Below, in pieces: positions 53,982-54,765 of a stretch of 54,765 nucleotides of DNA. Position numbers and translations under genes: made by a program. Source of the stretch: Bdellovibrionales bacterium (GTDB lineage Bacteria > Bdellovibrionota > Bdellovibrionia > Bdellovibrionales > JAGQZY01); contig JANPLN010000045.1 in assembly GCA_031426555.1 (NCBI GenBank), positions 1-54,765 of the forward strand. The letters run 5' to 3'. Below the pieces are notes generated by a model. It did not search any database and was not told the DNA's origin. It saw only the letters and a list, made by a program, of their open reading frames with translations. Positions within the stretch are counted from its first letter, which is position 1. Every line of letters begins with the position of its first letter.

Positions 53982-54765
53982 CTAGCGCGGATACAAACCG
54001 CGAAGAAGCATGGCTTTTTCGAGGTGGCGGATGGCCGTGGCCATGGCAGCTGTGCGCATGTTGACCTTGGTTTCCTGCGAAAGTTTCCACGTGCGATCAA
54101 AACCGCTAACGATAATTTTTCGCATGCTCTTGTTGATTTGCTCTTCATCCCAGAAGTAGTTGGAAATATCTTGCACCCATTCAAAGTAGCTGACGATCAC
54201 GCCGCCACCGTTTGCGAGAATATCGGGAACCATGAATACGCCTTTTTCATTCAAAATTGTATCAGCTTCTGTGGTGGTTGGACCGTTGGCGCCCTCGACA
54301 ATGATTTTAGCTTTTACATTGGCGGCGTTGTCTTTTGTGAGAACTCCGTTGAGTGCGCAGGGAGCAAGAACATCCACTTCAAGAGCAAGAAGCTCTTCGT
54401 TAGTGATAGGTTGTGCCTTTTGATATCCTTGCAGCGTTTTATTCGCGTTCAGATATTCCAAAACTTCTGGAATGTTTAAACCATCGCCGTTAAAAATTCC
54501 GCCGGTCACATCACTCACGGCCACCACGCGCATTCCAGATTCGTAACCAAGGAGACCCGCATACTGGCCAACGTTACCAAAACCTTGAATGGCAATGGAG
54601 CTTTGGTTGAGGGTTTTATTCATTGTCGCTAAAGCTTTTTCTGAAGTGTAGATGACCCCGTACCCAGTGGAACTCACGCGTCCTAGGGAGCCGCCGATTT
54701 CGATGGGTTTACCGGTCACAACCGCAGGCACTGCAAAGCCCTTTTGCTGTGAATAGGTGTCCATC
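53982..54765 (-). CDS. gdh: Glu/Leu/Phe/Val dehydrogenase (glutamate dehydrogenase), 5'-truncated
   Basis: VVTGKP..GGS.GR, IQGFGNVG, EGANGPTT, PDILANGGGVIVSYFEWVQ. Confidence 0.9.
   Translation of the reverse strand, partial: MDTYSQQKGFAVPAVVTGKPIEIGGSLGRVSSTGYGVIYTSEKALATMNKTLNQSSIAIQGFGNVGQYAGLLGYESGMRVVAVSDVTGGIFNGDGLNIPEVLEYLNANKTLQGYQKAQPITNEELLALEVDVLAPCALNGVLTKDNAANVKAKIIVEGANGPTTTEADTILNEKGVFMVPDILANGGGVIVSYFEWVQDISNYFWDEEQINKSMRKIIVSGFDRTWKLSQETKVNMRTAAMATAIRHLEKAMLLRGLYPR

Noticed and set aside
518..54479. Numerous short antisense or alternate-frame ORFs in the track (e.g. 11988-12173, 39176-39739, 46797-47315)
   Set aside because: Shadows of well-supported genes or repeats, without RBS or recognisable motifs.

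Overview
A gene-dense bacterial chromosome segment, most likely from a Bdellovibrio-like predator (Bdellovibrionota). That assignment is inferred from the fibre-protein N-terminal domain, QNC/QNF export motifs and multiple pilus systems. From left to right it contains: a PilB/GspE ATPase converging on a Tad/Flp pilus cluster (flp, three pilin-like genes, cpaB-like, secretin, cpaF); a two-gene surface-lipoprotein operon including a catalytically dead subtilase-Ig-GLUG protein; folD-gcvT-gcvH-tRNA-Leu(TAG); an ECF sigma cassette; a stand-alone MnmC-type methyltransferase divergent from a TIGR01212 radical SAM-aldolase-mtnA-mtnP operon; ddl; a 2580-aa mosaic fibre adhesin ending in a DUF1566-like tip; an AAA_14/DUF4143 ATPase with a palindromic operator next to a 36-bp perfect inverted repeat; gcvP; epmA; an OmpR-type gene broken by two amber codons; IHF/HU; a GT4 glycosyltransferase; mutT; pyrD; and a partial gdh. 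No CRISPR array, reverse transcriptase, integrase or transposase is visible. The best novelty candidates are the tRNA-U34 modification plus SAM by-product salvage locus, the fibre with a DGR-target-like tip, and several non-coding signals (sigma28-like promoters, a recurrent GTCTCA-N3-TGAGAC palindrome, an sRNA candidate). All family calls come from motif recognition by eye, not database searches.
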